A DNA stretch of 46,859 nucleotides from Pseudomonadota bacterium. GTDB taxonomy: Bacteria > Desulfobacterota > DSM-4660 > Desulfatiglandales > B25-G16. This document shows positions 17,158 to 25,472 of the stretch, one piece after another (within the stretch, counting starts at the first letter, position 1; the number at the start of each line of letters is the position of its first letter). Under the pieces are notes generated by a model. The model was not told the origin of the DNA. It made no database searches and saw only the letters and a program-made list of their open reading frames with translations. A program made the position numbers and the translations under genes. The stretch lies in assembly GCA_030603345.1 (NCBI GenBank), contig JAUVXZ010000002.1, positions 1 through 46,859 on the forward strand, read 5' to 3'.

Positions 17158-17752
17158 GTATGGCATGGTAATTGATTTGAAAAAGTGCATTGGTTGCTAC
17201 TCTTGCGTGGTTGCATGCAAGGCTGAGCACAACACACCAAATGGCCTCTTTCAGACCACTGTTCTTGAAAAGGAGCTCGGTAGATTTCCCAACTCAATAC
17301 GAGTCTTTATGCCGGTCTTGTGTAACCATTGCGAGGAAGCAACCTGCGTAGATGTTTGCCCAACAGAGGCAACATACAAGAGGGATGACGGCGTGGTCAT
17401 GATTGATTTTGACAAATGTATCGGATGCGGCGCCTGCATCGAGCATTGCCCTTACCACGCCCGTGATTTTGTTGTCGATGATAGAACAGTCTTCCCTGAC
17501 GGAAAGACCGTCTTCGTAAAGCCTGTCTATCAAAAGATACCAAAGAAGGTGGCGCTCAAGTGTGATTTTTGCTTCTATAGAGTGGAAAAGGGTCTTTTAC
17601 CTGCGTGCGTAGAAGTGTGCCCCACTGCAGCGAGAATTTTTGGGGACGTGGAAGACACCAAGAGTGAGGTCCACGAACTGATGGAAAAGTACAGCGCTTG
17701 GACCATGTTGCCCGATGAGGGGACAAAGCCCCAAGTTTACTATATTGGATAG
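17150..17752 (+). CDS. 4Fe-4S ferredoxin-type electron-transfer (beta) subunit (DmsB/PsrB/NrfC-like)
   Basis: Starts 'MPRYGMVIDLKKCIGCYSCVVACK'. Four Cys groups: 'CIGCYSCVVAC', 'CNHCEEATCVDVCP', 'CIGCGACIEHCP' and 'CDFC...CVEVCP'. It overlaps the alpha subunit by 8 nt. Confidence 0.9.
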   Translation: MPRYGMVIDLKKCIGCYSCVVACKAEHNTPNGLFQTTVLEKELGRFPNSIRVFMPVLCNHCEEATCVDVCPTEATYKRDDGVVMIDFDKCIGCGACIEHCPYHARDFVVDDRTVFPDGKTVFVKPVYQKIPKKVALKCDFCFYRVEKGLLPACVEVCPTAARIFGDVEDTKSEVHELMEKYSAWTMLPDEGTKPQVYYIG

Positions 17753-17770
17753 CCAATATCTTCAATGAAA

Positions 17771-17830
17771 CAAACTGGCAGAGGGGCTTTTGTTATTGGC
17801 TGAGGCCATTGAGGAGAAGGAAAAAGAGTA
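17771..17830 (+). pseudogene. Relic of the 3' end of a citE-like gene (duplicate of 12071-12130)
   Basis: A column alignment of 17771-17810 against 12071-12110 gives 34 of 40 identical nt. The relic translates as 'LAEGLLLLAEAIEEKEKE*', against the intact CitE-like 'RAEGLLSLAEAIEKKEKKK'. An in-frame stop lies just upstream and there is no homology further 5'. Confidence 0.6.
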
Positions 17831-17849
17831 GTAACCAAGGAAGTGTGAT

Positions 17850-19208
17850 ATGCAGAGGTTTTCTTCAATATACGCGGACTTTGTTGTGAATACCCGCTAC
17901 GATGATCTAGAACCAGAGGTCATTCACCAGGCCAAGAAGTTAATTCTGGATTTGATGGGCGTGTCTTTAGCTGGGTATCAGCTCATGGAGTTTCCCCGCA
18001 TGGTTGTTAGTTACATGGCTGACCTTGGGGGGAGACCTGAAGCAACCATAATCCATACAAAAAAGAAATTTCCTGCTGTGAATGCCGCCCTAGCCAATGC
18101 AGCGTGCGCCCATGCACTGGATATGGATGATGGCCATCGTTTTGCAGCACTCCACCCTGGCACAGTTATCATACCAGCCGCTATTGCTGCAGCAGAGCTA
18201 TCGGAAGCTGGTACGAAGGAAATGATAACGGGGGTCGTGGTCGGCTATGAGGTAATGATACGGATAGGCATGGCTATTAATCCGTCCAGTCTGAATAGAG
18301 GTTTTCATATCACCGGCATAACTGGTCCTTTCGGAGCAGCAGCTGCGGCAGCAAAGATCATGGGTCTGAACCTTGTGGAAACTATTGATGCGTTTGGCAT
18401 AGCGGGCTTACAGCAATCCGGACTCATACAGGTCAACCATGAGGTTGAAGGCGCTATGGTAAAACCCATAAATCCGGCTAAGGCGGCCATGTCGGGCCTT
18501 CTGTCCTCCATCCTTGCCGAAAAAGGAGCCAAAGGCCCGCTCCATATCTTCGAGGGTAAAGATGGGTATCTTAAGGCAGTGGCAGATGAAGTGGACAGCG
18601 ATCTTTTGACTCGTGATCTGGGGCGGAAATTCGAAATTCTCAACGTTTACCTTAAACTCCACGCTGCTTGTCGCCACGCCCATGCTTCAATGGATGCTGC
18701 CTTAAAGGCGTTTAGGGAGAGTGGCATTGACGTCACGGAAATAGAGGAAATCTCTATTGAGACCTATCCGGCTGCCATTAGGCTTGCCGGCATAACCAAG
18801 GTGACTGCGCCGTCAGGAGGTCGATTTAGTATTCCGTTCTCCGTGGCCTTGGCTTTGATAAAGCAGGATGCAGGTGCTGACAAATATTCCGAGGAAAACG
18901 TTCGGGATCAAACCATCCAAGCCCTTGCCGGAAAAGTGGTTTTAGCGGTAGGGAGCAAGTGGGAGAGATTGTATCCTGAGAAGAGGGGAGCCACGGTGAA
19001 CATAACCAACGCCAATAACAAGACATGGTCTGCCGAGGTGGAATTGGCTAAAGGCGAACCAGAAAATCCAGCCAGTTGGGAAGAGATCTATACCAAATTT
19101 CATACTAATGCGACGTTACTGATCTCCGAGAAGGATGCCAAAGAACTGGTTGACACTATTATGAATTTGGAAAACGCCTCACTTGGCGAGTTCCTTGAGC
19201 TTATCTAG
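17850..19208 (+). CDS. MmgE/PrpD family protein, paralogue 2 ('LDMDDGH' subtype)
   Basis: 452 aa. N-terminus 'YDDLEPEVIHQAKKLILDLMGVSLAG', then 'ALDMDDGHRF', and 'RFSIPFSVALA' in the C-domain. Confidence 0.85.
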   Translation: MQRFSSIYADFVVNTRYDDLEPEVIHQAKKLILDLMGVSLAGYQLMEFPRMVVSYMADLGGRPEATIIHTKKKFPAVNAALANAACAHALDMDDGHRFAALHPGTVIIPAAIAAAELSEAGTKEMITGVVVGYEVMIRIGMAINPSSLNRGFHITGITGPFGAAAAAAKIMGLNLVETIDAFGIAGLQQSGLIQVNHEVEGAMVKPINPAKAAMSGLLSSILAEKGAKGPLHIFEGKDGYLKAVADEVDSDLLTRDLGRKFEILNVYLKLHAACRHAHASMDAALKAFRESGIDVTEIEEISIETYPAAIRLAGITKVTAPSGGRFSIPFSVALALIKQDAGADKYSEENVRDQTIQALAGKVVLAVGSKWERLYPEKRGATVNITNANNKTWSAEVELAKGEPENPASWEEIYTKFHTNATLLISEKDAKELVDTIMNLENASLGEFLELI

Positions 19209-19433
19209 AGTAAACAACGAAGGCGGTTACTTGCAATCTTCTGCTAAAAGGGCCCATTTTTAAGAGCCATGAATTGCTATGGTTGTTTGGGGAATGAGTG
19301 TTGCTAAACCCGGTTTCAAAAACGCAACATAATCTTAGAGAATAGCACTTGTAGTGATTCCAAAACTCGGTCACCGTTTCAATACGGCTTGACAAGAAAT
19401 ACGGACAATGAGACAAAACGAGAAAGGGTTTGA

Positions 19434-20888
19434 ATGACAATGCTGAGTCAAGAGCAGGACAAAAGGGAAGACTTGATTTTCTATATCGACGACCCAGGTG
19501 AACTGACCTGGGATATTGAGGTAGATGTGCTTGTCATCGGTGCAGGAGGATGTGGCCTCGTTGCTGCATTGGCTGCAGCTGAAAAAGGGGCTCAGGTTTT
19601 CTTGGTGGAAAAGGATAAGAATCCAGGAGGTAACACCTCCCTCAGTCAGGCAATGGTACCTGCAGCAGGAACTCGGGTTCAAAAGGATGCCGGAATCGAT
19701 GATTCCCCAGAATTGATGGCGGAAGATATCCTGAAATATAATGGATATCAGAGCGATCCGGAACTCACCCTCCATGTGGCCCGGGAATCTGCTCAATTGT
19801 TACATTGGTTGGTGGACAGCTTCGGCATTAACTTTGAGCTAGTAACGGAATTCCTCTACCCTGGACATTCGCGCCACCGTATCCATGCCAATCATTCCCG
19901 CAAGGGGGCTCACTTAGTAAATGATCTGCTTCAGGCAGCTGCACGCTATGAGAATATTGATATTGCCTACAATGCACCTGTGAAGAGGCTTGTTGCTACT
20001 GGCGGGGATAGGGCGGTCGTGGGGGCTGAGGTAGAAATTGAGGGGATTGGCATAAATTTGGCCCAAGCCAACAAGGTGGTCCTGGCACTGAACGGGTTCG
20101 GGGCTAATCCTGAAATGCTTAGGAAATATATTCCTGAGATGAGCGAGGCCTATTACTTCGGCCATGAAGGTAATACCGGAGAAGGCATTCTATGGGGTGA
20201 GGCGCTGGGTTCACAGCTGGAGTACATGGGTGCATACCAGGCCCATGGCTCAGTAGCTCACCCTCACGGTACGCTCTTAACATGGGCTGTGATTAGTCTC
20301 GGTGGTTATCAAGTCAATCTTCATGGTAGGCGTTTCGTAAATGAATACCATGGTTATTCCGAGCATGCCCTGGATGTATTGAGGCAGGAAGAAGGTGTAG
20401 CCATAGACATCTTCGATCAGCGCATTTACAACACAGTGGTTGACTACGAAGACTTTCAGCAGTGTGTCAAAATGGGTGCAATAAAGAAATCCGGGAGCAT
20501 TGAAGAATTGGCTGTGTCTTTCCGCTTGCCACCAGAAGAAATGGCCTGTACGTATGAGGAGTTTCAAACTGCCGCACGGGGCGAAACCCCGGACCCTTTG
20601 GGCCGGACAGATTTTGGGAAGCCTCTTGAGCCACCATTGTATGCTGCGAAGGTTACAGGTGCTCTTTTTCATACCCAGGGCGGGCTCAAAGTAAACCAAT
20701 TGGCGCAAGTAATCCACACTGATGGTACGCCTATTCCAAACCTTTACGCCGGAGGCGGGGCAGCAGCCGGGTTTTCGGGAAAAGCCGGGCCTTATGGATA
20801 CTTATCAGCCAACGGCCTTTTGGCCGCCCTGGTTCTGGGTAAGATTGCTGGAGATGAGGCGGGGCAATCCGCTTTGCAAGGAGTATGA
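19434..20888 (+). CDS. Soluble FAD-dependent oxidoreductase, fumarate reductase / succinate dehydrogenase flavoprotein-like (FAD_binding_2; Fcc3/KstD/TcuA-like)
   Basis: 'VLVIGAGGCGLVAALAAAEKG' is a dinucleotide fold. 'KNPGGNTSLSQAM' and 'FHTQGGLKVN' resemble soluble fumarate-reductase-type flavoproteins. 484 aa, with no FeS partner gene adjacent. Confidence 0.75.
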   Translation: MTMLSQEQDKREDLIFYIDDPGELTWDIEVDVLVIGAGGCGLVAALAAAEKGAQVFLVEKDKNPGGNTSLSQAMVPAAGTRVQKDAGIDDSPELMAEDILKYNGYQSDPELTLHVARESAQLLHWLVDSFGINFELVTEFLYPGHSRHRIHANHSRKGAHLVNDLLQAAARYENIDIAYNAPVKRLVATGGDRAVVGAEVEIEGIGINLAQANKVVLALNGFGANPEMLRKYIPEMSEAYYFGHEGNTGEGILWGEALGSQLEYMGAYQAHGSVAHPHGTLLTWAVISLGGYQVNLHGRRFVNEYHGYSEHALDVLRQEEGVAIDIFDQRIYNTVVDYEDFQQCVKMGAIKKSGSIEELAVSFRLPPEEMACTYEEFQTAARGETPDPLGRTDFGKPLEPPLYAAKVTGALFHTQGGLKVNQLAQVIHTDGTPIPNLYAGGGAAAGFSGKAGPYGYLSANGLLAALVLGKIAGDEAGQSALQGV

Positions 20889-20924
20889 ATTGGTGAATTT
20901 GTTTTAGGAAGGAGGAGTAATGTA

Positions 20925-22283
20925 ATGTCTGATTATCTTAACGAGATCTCTGCATTTGTCTGTCGATGTCAATTTGATGATCTCTCATCAATAGTTGTGG
21001 AACGTACTGGAGAGGTTATGGCGGATAGCCTGGCAGTGATCGGGGTCGGCGCTCAAGAGGAAGAAGTTAGGGCGATGACCGAGCGAATAGTCGTGCCTGG
21101 AGGCAAGCAGGTGACGACCCTTATCGGAGGTGGCACCCAGACAGAACCACTAAAGGCCGCTTTGATAAATGGCATGGCTGGAACATTCCTGGAATTGGAT
21201 GAAGGCAATCAGTTTGCGCGGGGTCATCCAGCCATTCACGTTATCCCCGCTGCTCTGGCCGTGGCAGAAGAAATGAACCTTTCTGGTCGAGAGCTTCTAA
21301 CCGCCCTGGTGTTGGGTTATGAGATTGCCGCTCGTATCGGCATTGCCTGCAAGATCCGGATGTCCATGCATCCTCATGGTACCTGGGGCACCGTAGGAGC
21401 TGCAGTCGCCGTGGGTAAGCTCATGGGTTATGACGAGGGAGCGATGCGGGAGATTATCAATGTGAGCTCATCCCTCGGCTTGGCGACGAGCCGTCGCACC
21501 ATGTTGGAGGGAGGTCTCGTTCGGAACGTCTATGCTGGTGTCAGTGGATACATGGGTATTCTGGCTCATGAACTCGTTCAGTCCGGCTTCACCGGTGAAG
21601 CGGATGGACTCCAAACTGTGTTTGGGACTGTTGTGTCTGATACTTTTGTGCCGGAGGAGATGACCAAGGATTTGGGCAGCCGATTTGAGATTGCCCGTAA
21701 TTATTTCAAGCGACATGCCTGCTGCCGGTATAATCACGCTACGCTGGACGCCCTTGGAGATATCATCGCTAAGGCACCGGGAGGGAGACTAAAGCCAGAT
21801 GAGGTGGCCAAAGTGGAGGTGGAGACGTATTCCTTAGCAGCACAGTTATGCGATCCAAATCCGGAAAATACGCTGGCAGGAAAGTTTTCCATCCCCTTTG
21901 CTGTGGCTACCTTTATTGTTAATGGCTCCACAGGAGTTGAAAGTTTTACACCGCGGGCCATTCAGAACCCCGTTGCCAGGGAATTGGCTCAACGGGTGAC
22001 GGTATCCGAGGATCTGGAGCTCACTGCCATGATGCCCGATCATAGGCCATCGAAGGTTAAGGTCACCCTTACCAATGGGACTGTTTTGGAGGCCCAAACC
22101 CTGACCAATAAGGGAGATTCGGAGGACCCGTATACTCCGGAGGAGCTCCGTGAGAAATACTATGAGCTGGCTGAGCGGGTTTGGAAACGGGAGATAGCAG
22201 AAGCGATCTATGCAGACGCTATGAATTTGGAAAAACTGGATAATATAAATGAGATGACCGCTCGAATGCGCCAGATAGGCTAA
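20925..22283 (+). CDS. MmgE/PrpD family protein, paralogue 3 ('GNQF..HPAIH / HPHGT' subtype)
   Basis: 452 aa. GGAGG lies 9 nt upstream. Motifs: 'LDEGNQFARGHPAIHVIP', 'HPHGTWGTVGAA', 'KFSIPFAVA'. Confidence 0.85.
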   Translation: MSDYLNEISAFVCRCQFDDLSSIVVERTGEVMADSLAVIGVGAQEEEVRAMTERIVVPGGKQVTTLIGGGTQTEPLKAALINGMAGTFLELDEGNQFARGHPAIHVIPAALAVAEEMNLSGRELLTALVLGYEIAARIGIACKIRMSMHPHGTWGTVGAAVAVGKLMGYDEGAMREIINVSSSLGLATSRRTMLEGGLVRNVYAGVSGYMGILAHELVQSGFTGEADGLQTVFGTVVSDTFVPEEMTKDLGSRFEIARNYFKRHACCRYNHATLDALGDIIAKAPGGRLKPDEVAKVEVETYSLAAQLCDPNPENTLAGKFSIPFAVATFIVNGSTGVESFTPRAIQNPVARELAQRVTVSEDLELTAMMPDHRPSKVKVTLTNGTVLEAQTLTNKGDSEDPYTPEELREKYYELAERVWKREIAEAIYADAMNLEKLDNINEMTARMRQIG

Positions 22284-22531
22284 CAAGAAAAGAAATTGGG
22301 TCTGAGAGGTCTACTTCACCGAGGGATACGGATCGATCGAGTTTCAGTTTCTGCGTGTAGGCCGAGTTCTTTAGGTTGAGGCGGCAAGCCAGGCCGGTAA
22401 ATGTTACCCTTGAGGCACAATTGCAAAAGCCACAAAGCCTCTTCATCTTAATGTGCTCCTTTCTCCTATCATGGTTAAAGCCCACGTCGATGTTGTAGTA
22501 ACCATCAAAAAACCGAATGGAGCAGTATGAC

Positions 22532-23965
22532 ATGCCTGGGTATGATTTGGTAATAAAGGGCGAAAACAGGGGCCCGAACGTGCCGGGAGTCGAAGGAGGT
22601 GCCGTTTCGCTCCTAGCAGATTATGCTGTCACCACTCGAATTGCGGACCTGCCTCCAGAGGTTATCGATCACGCACGGGTGGTTCTGCTCGACACGATGG
22701 GGGTCATTCTGGGTGGTTCGATAGAACCGGAGGTCTCGGCACTGGCGCACCGACTGGGACGGCGAAACGGTGGATCGAGCACTATCATCGGGCATGCGCT
22801 CTGGGCTAGCCCGTTAAATGCTGCTCTGGTAAACGGCACTGCAGGTACATGGTTGGATTTTGATTCAGGACACAGACCACCGCCAGGAAAACCCCTTTTG
22901 CCAGCTGCACATCCTCCAGTTCACTTAGTTCCAGCCACACTGGCGGTTGGCGAAGCGATGGGGGCCTCAGGGGCTGAGATCCTTGCAGCTTTGGTTGTGG
23001 GCTATGATGCCGGTGCGCGGATCGGCATGGCCAGCCGGCTCAGGGGCCAGATTCATCCTCACGGCACCCATCACAATGTGGGGGCCGCTGTAGCGGCCGC
23101 ACGGCTGAAGCGGTTTGACAGAGAGCGAATGGAGTCGACGATCGGCCTTGCTGCCCATCTTTCCCTCATGCCGTCCTTCGAGAATGCTTACCAAGGCCGC
23201 ACGGTGCGCAATACTTACGCTGGAGTCGGTGCAGCAGTGGGTATTTTGGCAACAGAACTGGCAGTAGCCGGGTTTACACCTGAGCGTAACGCTATTGGTT
23301 CGATATATGGAAGCATCCTCTCTCCTTGGTTAGATCCGGCACGGATTACAGAAGACCTAGGCCAGCGGTTCGAGATCACCCAAGGCTTTATCAAACCTTA
23401 TCCCATGTGTAGGTTTGGCCACCCAGCTGTCGAGGCGGCAGAAGCACTGGTTCGCCGACATCATATCCTTCCGGAGGAGATCGATACGGTAGAAGTCCGG
23501 ACATTTGATTGGGCTGCAACCTTGGACGATCCAGCGCCGAAAACAGACCTAGGGGCCAAATTTTCCATCCCATGGGCGGTGGCTTGTATGTTGGTGCGGA
23601 AGTCGGCTGGGCCGACCGACTTTAAGGAGGAAGTGCTTGTTGATACCGAGGTGAGTGCAGTTGCCGCACGGGTAACAGTAAGGGAGGACCCGAAGTATAC
23701 ATCCATGACACCGGCAAAGCGGCCCGCGAGCGTCACCGTGCGGACCAAGAAAGGCAGTATTCTCTCCTGGGAAGTAGAGCGCAGTGCTGGCGGTCCCGAC
23801 GCACCATGGCCCGTGGAAAAAGTGCAAGCGAAGTTCGGGTCCCTTGCGGACCCTATGATTGGTCCCGAAAAAGCCCTTGCCGTGGTTGACCTGATGACAG
23901 AACTCCATGACTTGTCAGATATTCGTGAGCTAACGAGGCTTTTAGTGCCCACTGGCTCCACTTGA
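22532..23965 (+). CDS. MmgE/PrpD family protein, paralogue 4 (same subtype as 3, 5 and 7)
   Basis: 'HPHGTHHNVGAA', 'KFSIPWAVA', and N-terminus 'IADLPPEVIDHARVVLLDTMGVILGG'. The ATG at 22532 has GGAG 9 nt upstream, but the track start at 22517 is also possible. G+C is visibly higher than in neighbouring genes. Confidence 0.8.
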   Translation: MPGYDLVIKGENRGPNVPGVEGGAVSLLADYAVTTRIADLPPEVIDHARVVLLDTMGVILGGSIEPEVSALAHRLGRRNGGSSTIIGHALWASPLNAALVNGTAGTWLDFDSGHRPPPGKPLLPAAHPPVHLVPATLAVGEAMGASGAEILAALVVGYDAGARIGMASRLRGQIHPHGTHHNVGAAVAAARLKRFDRERMESTIGLAAHLSLMPSFENAYQGRTVRNTYAGVGAAVGILATELAVAGFTPERNAIGSIYGSILSPWLDPARITEDLGQRFEITQGFIKPYPMCRFGHPAVEAAEALVRRHHILPEEIDTVEVRTFDWAATLDDPAPKTDLGAKFSIPWAVACMLVRKSAGPTDFKEEVLVDTEVSAVAARVTVREDPKYTSMTPAKRPASVTVRTKKGSILSWEVERSAGGPDAPWPVEKVQAKFGSLADPMIGPEKALAVVDLMTELHDLSDIRELTRLLVPTGST

Positions 23966-24006
23966 GATCGGCGATTATCAAGGAATCCTAACGGGAGGCA
24001 GATGAG

Positions 24007-25383
24007 ATGGTTGAAGGAGAAGCGTGTGAGACCGATTTCATCGATACCCTTACAGAGCTGGCTACCTCTATTTCCTTAGAGCGTCTTCCTTCATCGGTGG
24101 TTCATGAAGGCCGGCGGGCACTTGTGGACACTGTTGGCGTGATCTTAGCAGGAGCGGCTGAGCCTGCAGCTCGCGCTCTTGCAAAACAGATGGCTATGGA
24201 ATCAGTGGGGCCAACCAGCACGATCATGGGTAGCGGCTATGGAGCTGAGGCCATGTGGGCGGCACTTACTAACGCTACTGCTGGCGTGTGGCACGAATTC
24301 GATCCAGGAAATCGTTTTGTAGGCGGCCACCCGGCTATCTATGTAGTCTCGGCCGGGCTGGCGGTGGCCGAACGGGAGGGCTCCCCGGGTAGACACCTCT
24401 TGGAGGCGGTTATTGCTGGATATGAGGTTGGGGCTCGGGTAGGTCTGGGCACTACCCTGAGGCCTGGAATGGATCCTCATGGCTCCTGGCCTACTGTAGG
24501 GGCAGCCACCACGGCAGGGCTGCTTATGGGCTATGTCCCCGTCAATCTGCGCGAGACGATCAATGTCTCAACTTCCCTGAACTTAGGCACCTCATGTAAA
24601 GCAGGTTACGAAGGTGCCACCATTCGCAATGTCTATGCCGGCTTCGGTGCTGCCATGGGCGTCTTGGCGGCTGATCTGGTAGGAAATGGTTTCACGGGAG
24701 AGCGAGATGGGATTAGCACGGTTTTCGGCAGCATTGCCGGAGAGTTCTTCGACATAGAAAAGGCCCTGGGGGATATTGGTCGGCGATGGGAAATCACACG
24801 GGGGTATCATAAGCTGCATGCTTGTGCACGCTGTATCCATCCTGCCCTCGATGCCCTGACTACCATCACAAAAGATCATGATGTTGCCCCAGAGGAGGTT
24901 GAAAGGATTGACGTATCGACCTTTTCCATGGCGGCCACTATGAACGACGTCTCCCCGGAGAATCCACTAGCTGCCAGATTTTCAATACCCCATGCTCTGG
25001 CGTCTTGCCTGGTCCTGCATGAGACTGGTATTGCCGCCTATGGTGAGTCAGCCGTGCAAGATCCGAGGATCAGAGAATTGGCAGTAAAGGTCACGGTACG
25101 ATATGATCCGGAACTGGATGCACGTACGCCGGCGGAACGACCGGCCGTGGTTCGGGCGTACCTACGTGATGGCACATCAGTAGGAGGAACGGTTCGACTT
25201 CCCTTGGGTGAACCCGATACGGAACCCCTGAGCGACGATGCACTTGGCAAGAAGTTCCTGAAACTGGCCTCCAGCTCACTAGGCTCTAATACGGCTCAAA
25301 GTTTGCTCGACAAGTTATGGCAGATCGAGACCCTACCGAACATCCGCGGGTTCACGGCCCTCTGCAAGGGGAGCAAAGAGTGA
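24007..25383 (+). CDS. MmgE/PrpD family protein, paralogue 5 (same subtype as 3, 4 and 7)
   Basis: 458 aa. GGGAGG lies 8 nt upstream. Motifs: 'DPGNRFVGGHPAIYVV', 'DPHGSWPTVGAA', 'RFSIPHALA'. Confidence 0.85.
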   Translation: MVEGEACETDFIDTLTELATSISLERLPSSVVHEGRRALVDTVGVILAGAAEPAARALAKQMAMESVGPTSTIMGSGYGAEAMWAALTNATAGVWHEFDPGNRFVGGHPAIYVVSAGLAVAEREGSPGRHLLEAVIAGYEVGARVGLGTTLRPGMDPHGSWPTVGAATTAGLLMGYVPVNLRETINVSTSLNLGTSCKAGYEGATIRNVYAGFGAAMGVLAADLVGNGFTGERDGISTVFGSIAGEFFDIEKALGDIGRRWEITRGYHKLHACARCIHPALDALTTITKDHDVAPEEVERIDVSTFSMAATMNDVSPENPLAARFSIPHALASCLVLHETGIAAYGESAVQDPRIRELAVKVTVRYDPELDARTPAERPAVVRAYLRDGTSVGGTVRLPLGEPDTEPLSDDALGKKFLKLASSSLGSNTAQSLLDKLWQIETLPNIRGFTALCKGSKE

Positions 25384-25472
25384 GCAATAAGGTGTTTGAA
25401 GGTACAATTCAGGCGGAGGCTTCGGTCCCTTCTTTGTCAGATCCGAATAACTAGCAACTCCCCGAATTTTGA

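Noticed and set aside
22219-22533. Minus-strand ORF between PrpD paralogues 3 and 4. An internal ATG is preceded by AAGGAG and would give a 75-aa Cys-containing peptide ('MKRLCGFCNCASRV...').
   Set aside because: It runs antisense into the last ~65 nt of paralogue 3, has no recognisable fold and has low-complexity ends. It is probably a chance ORF in the 248-bp spacer, and only expression data could rescue it.
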